49,296 nucleotides of DNA from Candidatus Nanohaloarchaea archaeon (GTDB lineage Archaea; Nanohalarchaeota; Nanosalinia; Nanosalinales; Nanosalinaceae). The DNA is taken from NCBI GenBank assembly GCA_042217695.1, contig JBDGSE010000014.1, forward strand, positions 1-49,296, given 5' to 3'. Below are positions 1-10,475 of this stretch, one piece after another. Below the pieces are notes generated by a model. The model was not told the origin of the DNA. It saw nothing but the letters and a program-made list of their open reading frames with translations, and did not search any database. The position numbers were made by a program, and so were the translations under genes. Position 1 is the first letter of the stretch, and every line of letters begins with the position of its first letter.

Positions 1-2447
1 CTGTGGACGGCGAGAGTTTTTCCTCCGACCTGGAGTACGGCAACCTTGACTCCGATAGAGAACTCGAGGCCGCGGTGGGTCGCTACCCCGAAAACGTTTC
101 GAGGGCCTCGCTGATGTTCCACCGCTCCCTGGCCCGTGAATCAGATAAGGAAGCGCTTGTGATGGGAGAGTACCTGCACTCGAACTGGCCTGTCATCCTT
201 GGAACCCTTGGCGGCGGCATGTGGGACGCGAAGAACATCGAGTCCGTGTTGAAAAAAGAAGGTTTTGACACCACCCGTCTGGTGGAGCGGCGCTCCGACC
301 CTGTCGAATTTTTGCTCAGCCTTACACCCGCGAGCATATCGGCGTTCCTGGATGAGACGGATTCTCTGGAGGACACGCTGAAACAGTTCCTGACGGACAA
401 CGCCGCGAAAACCGTTAAAAACGCCGTTATATTTGTCAAAACGCTGCAGTACGCCGAGCACACTCTCGAGATATACCTGGAGCACGACTGGTCCACGTTC
501 CGGATAGACGTTGACAGGGGTATGGACCGTATAAGCGAGTTAAAGATCCCTGAAGGAGAAAACGCTGGCGCGGTGGTGCAGAAAACAGTGATGGAGGCGA
601 TATACGCCTTTATCTGGCCGGAACCTCACGGAGCTCTCACGGCCGGGAACATAGGGGAAAACCTGGATTCGGACATAGTATACTACAGCGGTGTCGGGAA
701 CGGAGACCGCTGGATACTGCCGAACAACGACTCTTCGCTGGTGAAGAACAGGTACAACGGCAGCAACAGCTTCGGGCCTGGAGATGTAGGCTCGGTGGAG
801 AACGCTATCGTCTGGGACTCCTCGGATCTGTCCGCCACGGGAGAGATGAGGAAAAAGTTCCTGGGTAAAGGCGCCTCGACTTTCCTCGGTTTCTCGACCG
901 TCAATTACAACCCTTACTCTTCTGTGATCGCAAGGAACTTTTTCAGAAACGGAGAAACAGTCGGTGCCTCGGCCCTGGAGGGCGTGAACTCTCTGCGCCG
1001 TACCTCCATTATATACTCTCCGAACGCGTTGAGGACTGGTGTTAGGGAGAAGATGGAGCTTTCTCTTCGACTCTACGGCAACCCCGAGATGCCGAAGGAT
1101 CCTCTACCGGAGGAAACATTCAACTATTCACGGAGCTGTGAAGATGTCTGTACACTGGAGCTGGAGATCAGGCCCGAACCCGAGGTGATCGAGAGCTCGG
1201 GGCAGAAAAACTATGTTTTTGATACACAGGACTACCTGCTGAAGGAGTCGGCGCCGATGATCCCTGTCTACGTTTTCGACCATTCGCTGCCCGCGGACTC
1301 CGAGATCCTGTCCGTGGAAGTCGAGGAGGAGTACTTCAACGTTTCAGGGGTCGAGGTACCGGAAACAATATCTCTCGGTCACGGATCCGGCGTATTCAAC
1401 TCCTCCCTCGAGTACGGGAGGTTCCCGGCCCGCAGCTCAAGGGTGAAAACCGGTGGCAGCGAGCTGGACTACGTACAGGCCGCGATGCAGAAATCGGGGG
1501 AAATATACAGGGTTCTGGAGGAGGCCAGACTCACGGTGAAGTACCGGGCGCCGGAAAGGATTGAAATGGAGCGTGACGGCCGAACTCTCCATATCAAAAC
1601 CACGTCGGACTCGGGCAGGATAGTCTACCGTATAAACGGGGAGACAGGTGTGGTGGCGGCCGGCACACTGGAAAAGACCCTGGATACAGGGAAGAACCGT
1701 GTCGAGGTGTACTGGCTCGACGACAGCGAGCGGGTTGACTCCGTGACACGCAGGTTCAGGATCCGGAGAGAACTGGAGGTCTACCTTTTCGGTGAGGACG
1801 TACCCTACCACGGCTCGAGGGAGTTCGTGGCCGTCATTGAAAACCCCAACAATTCGACTGTGGAGAAAACCCTCCGGTTAGATACCGGTCCACAGACCGT
1901 TCCAGGGCTGATGCAGTCCCGGGTTATCCGGGTGAATGTGCCTCCGCACACCGAGGTGAGGAAGAGGATACGTGTGTTCGGGGTTGAGAAGGGAGCCGGA
2001 AAAGTGGATTTAGGAGGTTCGGCTGTAACATTCAACGTCACGGCCACAGGTGAATCAACGACCCGTATCTCTGCCGATGTACTGGAACAGTTCTTCTCCA
2101 CCACCAGAACCAGTTTCTCGACATCGGTCAGATCTGGAAGGCTTGAGGCAGAGTGGAAGAACTCCGAGGCAGTGTTCCGGTATTCAAGGACGCCTGGAAG
2201 AGAGTTACTCGAGCTCTCCACTGAGGGATACAGGGTCAGGAAAGTAACCACTCCGGAGAGAAGTCTCTGGGTGGTGAAGTCGAGGAAAGGAGTCTACCGG
2301 CGTTCGGATGTCGTCCGGATAGAGGGGAGAATAGACCGGGAGACAGCCAAGAGATACATCGAAACGATGGAAAGAGAGTTCAGAAAGTTTTTACAGGTTC
2401 AGACCAGTGCTGTCAGAAACCTGAACACGAGCTGGAGAATAGAGTGA
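1..2447 (+). CDS. Large protein, 5'-truncated, with a peptidase C25 (gingipain)-like domain, a C25 propeptide-like region and C-terminal beta-rich domains; catalytic His/Cys appear substituted
   Basis: Open frame from the window edge. IVYYSGVGNG...W, GASTFLG, GETVGA and LYGNP resemble the C25 motifs Y.GHG, GA.A.IG, G.T.G and LLGDP. Confidence 0.5.
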   Translation, partial: VDGESFSSDLEYGNLDSDRELEAAVGRYPENVSRASLMFHRSLARESDKEALVMGEYLHSNWPVILGTLGGGMWDAKNIESVLKKEGFDTTRLVERRSDPVEFLLSLTPASISAFLDETDSLEDTLKQFLTDNAAKTVKNAVIFVKTLQYAEHTLEIYLEHDWSTFRIDVDRGMDRISELKIPEGENAGAVVQKTVMEAIYAFIWPEPHGALTAGNIGENLDSDIVYYSGVGNGDRWILPNNDSSLVKNRYNGSNSFGPGDVGSVENAIVWDSSDLSATGEMRKKFLGKGASTFLGFSTVNYNPYSSVIARNFFRNGETVGASALEGVNSLRRTSIIYSPNALRTGVREKMELSLRLYGNPEMPKDPLPEETFNYSRSCEDVCTLELEIRPEPEVIESSGQKNYVFDTQDYLLKESAPMIPVYVFDHSLPADSEILSVEVEEEYFNVSGVEVPETISLGHGSGVFNSSLEYGRFPARSSRVKTGGSELDYVQAAMQKSGEIYRVLEEARLTVKYRAPERIEMERDGRTLHIKTTSDSGRIVYRINGETGVVAAGTLEKTLDTGKNRVEVYWLDDSERVDSVTRRFRIRRELEVYLFGEDVPYHGSREFVAVIENPNNSTVEKTLRLDTGPQTVPGLMQSRVIRVNVPPHTEVRKRIRVFGVEKGAGKVDLGGSAVTFNVTATGESTTRISADVLEQFFSTTRTSFSTSVRSGRLEAEWKNSEAVFRYSRTPGRELLELSTEGYRVRKVTTPERSLWVVKSRKGVYRRSDVVRIEGRIDRETAKRYIETMEREFRKFLQVQTSAVRNLNTSWRIE

Positions 2448-2596
2448 ACAAGTTTCAGTCCACCCACAATGGTGCCTGCGACAAAGTTTGCAAGTGAGCG
2501 GTCGATACTTCCCGGGCCGTAACTGTTTGTGCTGGAACTATCCACTGGACCAGAAAGATATCAGGAATCTTATTAATCCAGACCATGTTCAGAGAA

Positions 2597-2618
2597 GTTC
2601 CACATGAAACCAAGGGGT
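2597..2618 (+). promoter_or_regulatory. ORB element 1
   Basis: GTTCCACATGAAACCAAGGGGT matches the archaeal ORB pattern TTCCA.N.GAAA..GGGG. Confidence 0.8.
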
Positions 2619-2853
2619 GTTTCTGGTTTTTCCGGGATTCGAAAGAGGAGCGAAGAAAGGAGAATCGTTCCCTGGATAAATAGAAAAATTGGAAACGGTT
2701 CTGGTCCCCGATCCCGGATCTGAAGTCAGGAAAATTTTCTCGAGTTTCAGTCTGCCGGTATTCGCCTGTGGCAAAATACTACCAGGATCGTATTGTCACA
2801 CCCGAAGACTAAACCAGAGTTTTTCCGGGTCCAGAGGATGTAAGAGGAAACCT

Positions 2854-2877
2854 CCCACCCCTCCATTTCGGGTGGAA
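2854..2877 (-). promoter_or_regulatory. ORB element 2
   Basis: Reverse complement reads TTCCACCCGAAATGGAGGGGTGGG, an ORB with an extended G-string. Confidence 0.88.
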
Positions 2878-2915
2878 GAGAGTTCTGGCTGAGTTCTCCT
2901 CGATTATAACAGAGG

Positions 2916-2949
2916 TATAATATAATAACACAGATATAATATAATAACA
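2916..2949 (+). repeat. Tandem AT-rich repeat in the putative DNA-unwinding element
   Basis: TATAATATAATAACA at 2916-2930 and 2935-2949 (19-bp period). Confidence 0.85.
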
Positions 2950-2981
2950 GTGTTATATCTTTGATTATCTGTAATACATAA

Positions 2982-3007
2982 TTCCACACGAAATCAGGGG
3001 GTGGGGG
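2982..3007 (+). promoter_or_regulatory. ORB element 3
   Basis: TTCCACACGAAATCAGGGGGTGGGGG. Confidence 0.88.
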
Positions 3008-3115
3008 TGAGGTGGACCTTGGCTTCGGATGGAATAGGATTATAAACCTTGGTTTCAAGTAGAATTTTACGGGGTAAAAAATGAATTTTAGAACTTCTTC
3101 GGGGGAGGGTTGGAG

Positions 3116-4321
3116 ATGACACAGAGTAACCTTCAGTCGATGTTCTCCAACTATCTTGATCAGGATTCCGTTTTCAAGAACAAGGACGCGCTTACAACAA
3201 GCTGGAAACCTGAAAACATACTGCATCGCGACCAGCAGATCAATGATCTGGCGTCGATACTTGCACCGGCCCTGAAAGGGAACGATCCCAGCAATGTTTT
3301 CCTCTACGGTTCGGTGGGTACGGGCAAGACCCTTATCGTGAAGCATGTTACGGAGGAACTCCGATCTGTCGCGAAAGATCAGGAGATAGATCTCAATGTC
3401 CTTTACATAAACTGCAAGATGAAGAAGGTGGCGGATACAGAGTACCGGTTACTGGCTAAACTGGCACGTCAGCTCGGCGAAGAAGTCCCGTCGACAGGAC
3501 TCCCGACCGACGAGATATACAACCGGTTCTTCGAGTCGCTCAAGGAGCAGAAGGGAGTCGTCATAATCGCCCTGGACGAGATAGACGCACTGGTGAAGAA
3601 GGTGGGAGACGAGTTCCTCTACAACCTTACGCGTATCAACGACGATCTGGAGGAGACCAAGGTCTCCATACTGGGGATATCCAACGACCTTAACTTCACG
3701 GAGTACATGGATTCCCGTGTGAAGTCCTCGCTTTCGGAGGAGGAGATCATCTTCCCACCCTACAACGCTCTTGAACTCAGGGAGATTCTGAAGGACAGGA
3801 CTGATAAGGCCTTTGTAGAGAGTGTTCTGGAGGACGGCGCCATTTCAAAGGCCTCTGCACTGGCGGCACAGGAACACGGGGATGCACGCCGCGCCCTCGA
3901 CCTTTTGAGGGTGGCCGGCGAGCTCGCTGAGCGTTCGGACTCCGAGAGAGTGATGAAGGATCACGTCGACATGGCGCAGAACAAGATCGAGCGCGACAGG
4001 ATGGTCGAAACTGTTCGTTCACAGCCAAAGCAGTCGAAACTGGTTTTGTACACTATACTCCAGATGACGGAGGACGAGGACAAAATCGCGACGGGCGACG
4101 TCTACTCCGAGTACAAGGAGTACTGTAAGGACGTGGATCTGTCCGAGCTGACGCAGAGAAGGGTCTCGGGACTTATTTCAGAGTTGGATATGTTAGGGGT
4201 TATCAACGCTAAAGTCATCTCCAAGGGGAGGTACGGCAGGACCCGGCAGATATCCATCGACCTGCCTGACGACATCCGTGAACAGCTAGTGGAGATGCTT
4301 GAGGACAAGTTTTACATCTAA
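3116..4321 (+). CDS. cdc6: Orc1/Cdc6 replication initiator
   Basis: Walker A GSVGTGKT, Walker B LDEID, HGDARRALDLLR and winged-helix SKGRYGRTR. ATG at 3116 preferred over TTG at 3110. Confidence 0.97.
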   Translation: MTQSNLQSMFSNYLDQDSVFKNKDALTTSWKPENILHRDQQINDLASILAPALKGNDPSNVFLYGSVGTGKTLIVKHVTEELRSVAKDQEIDLNVLYINCKMKKVADTEYRLLAKLARQLGEEVPSTGLPTDEIYNRFFESLKEQKGVVIIALDEIDALVKKVGDEFLYNLTRINDDLEETKVSILGISNDLNFTEYMDSRVKSSLSEEEIIFPPYNALELREILKDRTDKAFVESVLEDGAISKASALAAQEHGDARRALDLLRVAGELAERSDSERVMKDHVDMAQNKIERDRMVETVRSQPKQSKLVLYTILQMTEDEDKIATGDVYSEYKEYCKDVDLSELTQRRVSGLISELDMLGVINAKVISKGRYGRTRQISIDLPDDIREQLVEMLEDKFYI

Positions 4322-4336
4322 TCCGTGAGGGGGAGA

Positions 4337-5920
4337 ATGGAACAGAAAGCACTGAAAGAATTGACCAAGCAAGGTTGCATTGTAGGGAAGAACGCTGCCA
4401 GGTCTCTGGAAGAGAAAGACGTGGAGATGATAAAGCAGCTGGATACACCACCCATGTACATATCCCAGGAGATGCTGGAGCGTCTGCGGACAAACTTCTC
4501 CCCGAACGGGCACGCCGAAAGCACTGTAGAACATGAGAGCAACGGCACAAAGCTGATAGAGAAGACGGAGGGTTCCAGCGACCCCGAGGACCTCGAACTC
4601 GAGCACAGCGACGAGGAGGACCAGGAGCTACAGGAGGAGTTCGAGAAGAAGAGCTCTCACTTCGACAACGAAAAAACTGTGACCATAAAGGATACCCGGA
4701 ACCATTCCGAGCTGGACACCAAGGTCGAGATCCTCGATGAGAAGGATATCTCCACTGACGAGAAAGATGTTCCAGAGTTCCTTCAGTACTACAACGACCG
4801 TTACGACAGGATGAAGGATCTGCTGATGAGGAGGATGGAGATGAAGTCCGCCACGACCATAAACCGTCTGGAGTCCAGGAACAAGGGTGAGGAGGCCACC
4901 ACCATAGGGATGGTGAACGACAAGTACTCCACCAGCTCCGGCAAGTACATCGTGGAGATAGAGGACAAGACAGGCCAGTTCAAGGTCCTGGTTGAGGAGC
5001 GAGACGGCGAACGCATAGTACCTGACGAGGTTATCGGCGTGAGAGGCAGCATGGGAGGAGATATAATATACGCGGACTCCATAGTCCGGCCGGATCTGCC
5101 CATACCGCAGGGAGTGAAGACAACAGAGGAAAAGGTCTCCGCCGCATACATATCCGACCTCCACATCGGCTCCAAGGACACACTGAACAAGAGGATGGAC
5201 CGTTTCGCGGAGTGGCTGAACTCGTCGGAGGCCCAGAACATAGGTTACCTGGTCATAACAGGAGATGTCGTCGAGGGAGTCGGCACCTATCCCGGCCAGG
5301 AGGACGAACTCGAGATAAAGGATATCTACAGGCAGTACGCCCGGTTCGAGGAGTGGGTTGAGAAGATACCGGAGAACATCCAGATAATAGTCGGGCCCGG
5401 CAACCACGACATAACCCGGCTGGCGGAGCCACAGCCCCGTCTCTCCGAGGAAGCACTTCCGAACGTGTCTGATTTCGACAACGTCCACCTGGTCCAGAAT
5501 CCCCAGATGGTCCGTCTCCACGCCATTAACTCGGACGGCATCCGACACCTGATGTACCACGGCTACTCGTTCGACGACCAGATAGACAGGATAAAAGAGC
5601 TGAGGGAGAAGGCCTACGAGGAGCCCCATCACGTCATGATAGACCTGTTGAAGCGGAGGAACCTTGCGCCGGCCTACGGCTCCAACCTTCTGTCACCGGA
5701 AAAAGAGGATGCCATGGTGATAGAGGAGAAACCCGATGTCTTTGTATCCGGCCATCTCCACTCCCATGCCGACGAATCCTACAAGGGTGTGAACGTGATC
5801 TGTTCCTCGACATTCCAGGCCCAGACAGACTTCCAGAAACGCGTTGGTCACGAACCCGACCCAGGAAAGGTAACAGTAATGGACTTCAAAACCCGGAACA
5901 CCACGGTAAAACAGTTCTGA
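4337..5920 (+). CDS. polD1: DNA polymerase D small subunit DP1 (proofreading exonuclease)
   Basis: OB fold plus calcineurin-like motifs ISDLHIGS, GDVVEG, PGNHD, YHG and GHLH; lies between cdc6 and DP2. Confidence 0.96.
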   Translation: MEQKALKELTKQGCIVGKNAARSLEEKDVEMIKQLDTPPMYISQEMLERLRTNFSPNGHAESTVEHESNGTKLIEKTEGSSDPEDLELEHSDEEDQELQEEFEKKSSHFDNEKTVTIKDTRNHSELDTKVEILDEKDISTDEKDVPEFLQYYNDRYDRMKDLLMRRMEMKSATTINRLESRNKGEEATTIGMVNDKYSTSSGKYIVEIEDKTGQFKVLVEERDGERIVPDEVIGVRGSMGGDIIYADSIVRPDLPIPQGVKTTEEKVSAAYISDLHIGSKDTLNKRMDRFAEWLNSSEAQNIGYLVITGDVVEGVGTYPGQEDELEIKDIYRQYARFEEWVEKIPENIQIIVGPGNHDITRLAEPQPRLSEEALPNVSDFDNVHLVQNPQMVRLHAINSDGIRHLMYHGYSFDDQIDRIKELREKAYEEPHHVMIDLLKRRNLAPAYGSNLLSPEKEDAMVIEEKPDVFVSGHLHSHADESYKGVNVICSSTFQAQTDFQKRVGHEPDPGKVTVMDFKTRNTTVKQF

Positions 5921-5945
5921 GCTGGTTTACAGAGAGGAATAAACG

Positions 5946-8900
5946 ATGAGGACTGAAGAATACTTCGAGGATATAGAGAAGGAGACAGAGAAGGCCTACG
6001 AGATAGCCGAGGCCGCACGGGAACAGTCGAAGGACCCCGAGCAGCGGGTCGACATCCCGGTGGCGACAGACCTGGCGGAAAAGGCCTCCTCCCTGGTTAT
6101 AGCGGCGAAGTTCTCAGAACTCGAGGACCAGGGTGTTGCCGAGAGAATCCGCGAACTCGAGGAGGAATACGGCAAGAACGACGAAAGAGTCTCCTTCCGC
6201 ATAGCTCGTGAGATAGCCACCGGAGAGTTCTACGACTTTGATTCCAGGGAGAGAGCCTGTGACGCAGGGATCCGTGTAGGCGTCTCGTACATGACAGGAG
6301 GGATAACGACCGCTCCTCTCGAGGGTATAGGCGACGTGAAGATAAGGAGAAACAGCGACGGCTCCGAGTACCTAGCGGTATACTACTCGGGCCCCATAAG
6401 GTCCGCTGGTGGAACCGCCTCCGCGATGAGTGTTTTGCTCGCGGACTACGTTCGACTCGGCGTGGGTCTGGACAGGTTCAAACCGTCGGAAACTGTGTTG
6501 AACCGGTACGCCACCGAGGTCGAGGACTACTACACCCGTGTCACCGCGAAACAGTACGACCCCGAACGTGAGGAGACCAGCATGATAGCGGAGAACGTAC
6601 CTGTAGAGGTCACGGGCTCCCCAACGGAGAACCTGGAGGTCTCCAACTACAAGGACCTGGATAGAGTGGACACCAACAGGATAAGAGGAGGCATGTGCCT
6701 GGTGTACCTTGACGGCCTGCCGCTGAAGGCTCCGAAGATAAAGAAGAGGATCGAGAACTGGGGAGAGGAGTTCGGCCTGGAGCACTGGGACTGGGTGTCC
6801 GACTACCTTGAACTGCAGAAGGAACTTCACTCATCGGGGGAGGACAGCGACGAGGAGGAGTCCGACTACACACCGTCGGACAAGTACCTAGGTTCGCTGA
6901 CCGCCGGAAGACCTGTATTCTCCCATCCCAGCAAGAAGGGAGGGTTCCGGCTGAGGTACGGCCACTCGAGGACCAACGGGCTTGCTGCCACGTCTTTCCA
7001 CCCCGCCACGATGGAGATAACCCAGAGGTTCCTGGCGACAGGCACACAGATGAAGACCGAGTACCCGGGAAAGGCCACGGTGGGCACACCCACGGACTCC
7101 ATCCACCCGCCTGTTGTGCGGCTGGAATCCGGGCGCGTTGTAAAGGTGGAGACCAGGGAAGAGGCCCGTGAACTGGAGAACGAAATCGAGGAGATTCTTT
7201 TCCTTGGCGACATACTTGTGCCCTACGGCGAGTTCGTGGAGAACGGGAAGAAACTGGTGCCGTCACCGTACGTTGAGGAGTGGTGGGAGAAGGAGCTCGA
7301 GAAGGAGCTCGAGGCACAGGACATGGAGCTTGGTCGGGACTTCTCTGACCGCGCCCCCACACCGGAGGAGGCGTTCAGGATTTCCCGGGCGCTCGACATA
7401 CCTCTGCACCCGGACTGGACGTACCACTGGAGAGAGACCACCGTGGAACGGTTCCGGACTCTCTACCAGGAGCTGAGAGAGGGAGAGTTAAGCTCGGAGA
7501 AATCCAGGAGATGTCTGGAGGATATACTCGTTCCCCACGGCCCAGGGATGGAGCTGGATGATGAACACGAAAAAGTACTTGAAACGCTGCTGAAACCGGG
7601 AGAGGACAGCTCGGAGCTGCTGGAGGAAGTCGAGGAACCCGGGGACATCCCGTGGTTCATAGAGGAGGTGTCTGGCTTCAGGCTCCGTGAACAGGCACCT
7701 CACTACATCGGCGCCAGGATGGGCCGACCGGAAAAAGCCGAGAGAAGGACCATCGAGGGCAAGCCACAGCTCCTCTTCCCGTGTGGAAAGGAGGAAGGCG
7801 GCCGCATGAGAAACCTGGTGTCGTCCTACCAGGAGGAGACCGTCGACCAGAGCATCATCCACAACCGGTGTCCTGAATGCGGCGACTACACCCACTACGG
7901 GTACTGCAGGGACTGCGGGGTGCCGGCGGAACCAGTCTGGTTCTGTACCGAATGTGGAAAGGAACACAGGGAGAAGCCCCGGAAATGTGATTCCTGCGGT
8001 AATGAGCGTTTCAGACGTTACAGGGAGACGGACATCCCTGTGAAGGAGATGATCGACGACGCCATGGATAACCTGGATATGCGCCATCTACCCGAGCTGC
8101 TCAAATCCGTGCGAGGGATGTCCTCAAAACACAAGCACGTCGAGCCGCTGGAGAAAGGACTGCTGAGACAGAAATACGATCTGTACGTGAACAAGGACGG
8201 CACCGTGAGGTACGATGCATCGGATATACCGATGACTCATTTCAAGCCCCGGGAGATCTCTGTATCGGTCGAGAAGCTGCGGGAGATGGGTTACAGGCAG
8301 GACGCAGAGGGCGAACCACTGGAGAGAGAAGACCAGGTCGTCGAACTGAAGCCGCAGGACATCGTTATACCGGATGGAGATAACACCCTGGCGGCCTCCG
8401 ACTACATGGTACGTGTCACGAAATTCATAGACGAGCTGCTTGAAAAATTCTACGGCCTCGAACCATACTATAACGTCGAATCCAAGGAGGACCTGGTCGG
8501 CGAACTGGTCATCGGCCTGGCACCACACACCTCTGGAGGGACCGTCGGACGGATAATAGGGTTCACCGACGCGAAAGGCATCTACGCCCACCCCTACTGG
8601 CACGCAGCGAAGAGGAGGAACGCCGACGGCGACGAGGACGCCATACTCATGATGATGGACGGGCTGCTGAACTTCTCCAGGAAGTTCCTCCCTGATATGA
8701 CAGGTGCAAGAACCATGGACGCCCCGCTCATCCTCTCTACGGTTCTCAACCCTGACGAGGTCGACGACGAGGCATGGGCCATAGAGACGGTCGACGAGTA
8801 CCCGCTCCAGTTCTACGAGGAGACGCAGGAGTACAGGAAGCCCTGGAACCTCGATACAGATATACCTATAGGAGAGGACATCGTCCACTCCGACGAACCC

Positions 8901-9407
8901 TACAGGCACGGCTACACCCACGAAACTTCGGATATCGAGAACAGCCCCAACCAGAGTGAGTACGTCACGCTCGACGAGATGTCGGAGAAGACCTCTGCCC
9001 AGCTGAAACTGGGGGAGAAGATAAAGGCGGTGGACGAGAACAGGGTCGCCGAGCTTTTACTCGACAAGCACTTCATACCCGACATAAAGGGCAACCTGCG
9101 TTCGTTCTCGTCCCAGGAGATGAGGTGCGTTGACTGCAACAAGAAGTTCCGCCGCGTGCCCCTGACCAATCAGGCCGTCGAGGCCACGGGAAAGATAACC
9201 GCGAAATGCCCTGAATGCGGCGGCAAGATCCTTTTAACGATATCCGAGGGCACCATCAAGAAGTACCTGGAGCCGTCCCAGGAGATAATCGACAGCTACG
9301 AGGTATCGCCCTACATGAGGCAACAGGTTCTGATACTCAACAAGACCATCCAGAGCCTTTTCGGCAAGAGCGACCGCCAGGCAGGCCTGAAACAGTTTAC
9401 CGCCTAG
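5946..9407 (+). CDS. polD2: DNA polymerase D large subunit DP2
   Basis: GPIRSAGGTA, GGFRLRYG, catalytic RRNADGDED, zinc fingers and C-terminal PIP box QAGLKQF; no intein. Confidence 0.98.
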   Translation: MRTEEYFEDIEKETEKAYEIAEAAREQSKDPEQRVDIPVATDLAEKASSLVIAAKFSELEDQGVAERIRELEEEYGKNDERVSFRIAREIATGEFYDFDSRERACDAGIRVGVSYMTGGITTAPLEGIGDVKIRRNSDGSEYLAVYYSGPIRSAGGTASAMSVLLADYVRLGVGLDRFKPSETVLNRYATEVEDYYTRVTAKQYDPEREETSMIAENVPVEVTGSPTENLEVSNYKDLDRVDTNRIRGGMCLVYLDGLPLKAPKIKKRIENWGEEFGLEHWDWVSDYLELQKELHSSGEDSDEEESDYTPSDKYLGSLTAGRPVFSHPSKKGGFRLRYGHSRTNGLAATSFHPATMEITQRFLATGTQMKTEYPGKATVGTPTDSIHPPVVRLESGRVVKVETREEARELENEIEEILFLGDILVPYGEFVENGKKLVPSPYVEEWWEKELEKELEAQDMELGRDFSDRAPTPEEAFRISRALDIPLHPDWTYHWRETTVERFRTLYQELREGELSSEKSRRCLEDILVPHGPGMELDDEHEKVLETLLKPGEDSSELLEEVEEPGDIPWFIEEVSGFRLREQAPHYIGARMGRPEKAERRTIEGKPQLLFPCGKEEGGRMRNLVSSYQEETVDQSIIHNRCPECGDYTHYGYCRDCGVPAEPVWFCTECGKEHREKPRKCDSCGNERFRRYRETDIPVKEMIDDAMDNLDMRHLPELLKSVRGMSSKHKHVEPLEKGLLRQKYDLYVNKDGTVRYDASDIPMTHFKPREISVSVEKLREMGYRQDAEGEPLEREDQVVELKPQDIVIPDGDNTLAASDYMVRVTKFIDELLEKFYGLEPYYNVESKEDLVGELVIGLAPHTSGGTVGRIIGFTDAKGIYAHPYWHAAKRRNADGDEDAILMMMDGLLNFSRKFLPDMTGARTMDAPLILSTVLNPDEVDDEAWAIETVDEYPLQFYEETQEYRKPWNLDTDIPIGEDIVHSDEPYRHGYTHETSDIENSPNQSEYVTLDEMSEKTSAQLKLGEKIKAVDENRVAELLLDKHFIPDIKGNLRSFSSQEMRCVDCNKKFRRVPLTNQAVEATGKITAKCPECGGKILLTISEGTIKKYLEPSQEIIDSYEVSPYMRQQVLILNKTIQSLFGKSDRQAGLKQFTA

Positions 9408-9449
9408 AAAACCAAAAGGCTCTTTATGTTTTTATCATAGAGAAAGGTT

Positions 9450-9980
9450 ATGGACGAACAAGTAGAACTTAAGGAGATAATGACCGACGGGGTCATAGCA
9501 GTCGACCAGGACGCCTCTATAGTTGAGGCAGCGAGAAAACTTAGAGAAGAAGACATAAGAGGTCTGGTAGTGGTCGATGAGGGCGATGCCGTCGGAGTAC
9601 TGGTCGCACGCGACATAGTCTACAATGTTGTGGCCAGCAACAGGGATCCGGCGGAGACACAGGTAAAAGACGTGATGAGCACAGATCTTATCGTCGCCGA
9701 GGAGGACGAACTTCTGAACGACGTGGCGATGGCCATGGCGAAGAACGAGATATCTCGAGTCCCTGTTGTCCGTGGCGACATGCTTGTCGGCATAGTAACG
9801 CAGAGCGACATCCTGCGGGCCTGGCCCGGCTTCGCGGAGATAATGGAGGAAGAAGTCGAGATGGAGGCCTCCGCCGCACCCCGGAAAGAATCCAAGTCCG
9901 GCACCTGTGAGAACTGCGAGAACTACTCCGAGGACCTTCAGGAGGTAGACGGGCTCCTGCTCTGTCCCGAGTGCCGATAG
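9450..9980 (+). CDS. CBS-pair protein with C-terminal zinc ribbon
   Basis: Two CBS motifs (VKDVMS, RVPVV, VGIVTQSDIL) and CENC...CPEC. Confidence 0.9.
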   Translation: MDEQVELKEIMTDGVIAVDQDASIVEAARKLREEDIRGLVVVDEGDAVGVLVARDIVYNVVASNRDPAETQVKDVMSTDLIVAEEDELLNDVAMAMAKNEISRVPVVRGDMLVGIVTQSDILRAWPGFAEIMEEEVEMEASAAPRKESKSGTCENCENYSEDLQEVDGLLLCPECR

Positions 9981-10016
9981 CGAGAGCTTTTTTAGGCCTC
10001 GTATGAACTATTATGT

Positions 10017-10475
10017 ATGGACATCGTTGAGGAGATAGGTCGGAGAAGGTTGACCCTTGAGACAGGGGAACCGGAGAACGCCTACTCCGAGCTCAGAGAG
10101 CTACTCGAGGACAGGATGAAGTTTTCCTCCGTCCACGAGGAGAAGTACTACAACGATGTCGATGGAAGAAACCTTAGAGCGAAGATAGTCACGACGTTCG
10201 GCATGGATAAGTACACCCACGAGGAATACGAGATATACTTTCACGTGGACCGGGAAAAATCCGAGGTTGACATCCAGGTGAAGGCCAAGCTCGTGACCAA
10301 TTACCCCGAGGAGAAAGGCTACCAGCAGACGCTGTGGTACTACGCCTACCGTTCGCTGTTCGACAAGTTCCTCTACGGAGAGGTCAGGCACGGCTACGTG
10401 TCCGCAGTCGAGGAGAGACTGGACGACATGGTCGAAAACCTCAGGACAGCTCTGGAGGACGATTACAGTGGTTAA
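10017..10475 (+). CDS. Hypothetical protein, first of three tandem paralogue-like genes
   Basis: Acidic ORF with typical codon usage; overlaps the start of the next gene. Confidence 0.85.
   Translation: MDIVEEIGRRRLTLETGEPENAYSELRELLEDRMKFSSVHEEKYYNDVDGRNLRAKIVTTFGMDKYTHEEYEIYFHVDREKSEVDIQVKAKLVTNYPEEKGYQQTLWYYAYRSLFDKFLYGEVRHGYVSAVEERLDDMVENLRTALEDDYSG

Larger units (their letters stand above)
2597..3007. other. Replication origin oriC
   Basis: Three ORB boxes with G-strings and an AT-rich tract at ~2904-2981, directly upstream of cdc6. Confidence 0.9.

Noticed and set aside
2475..2490. CCTGCGACAAAGTTTG resembling the fused flanks of the dnaK-dnaJ element
   Set aside because: Two 8-10 nt matches without hairpins; compatible with chance.
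5946..9407. Inteins in DP2 (also checked PolB, RadA, Cdc6)
   Set aside because: Lengths are normal, conserved motifs are uninterrupted, and there are no intein termini or LAGLIDADG motifs.
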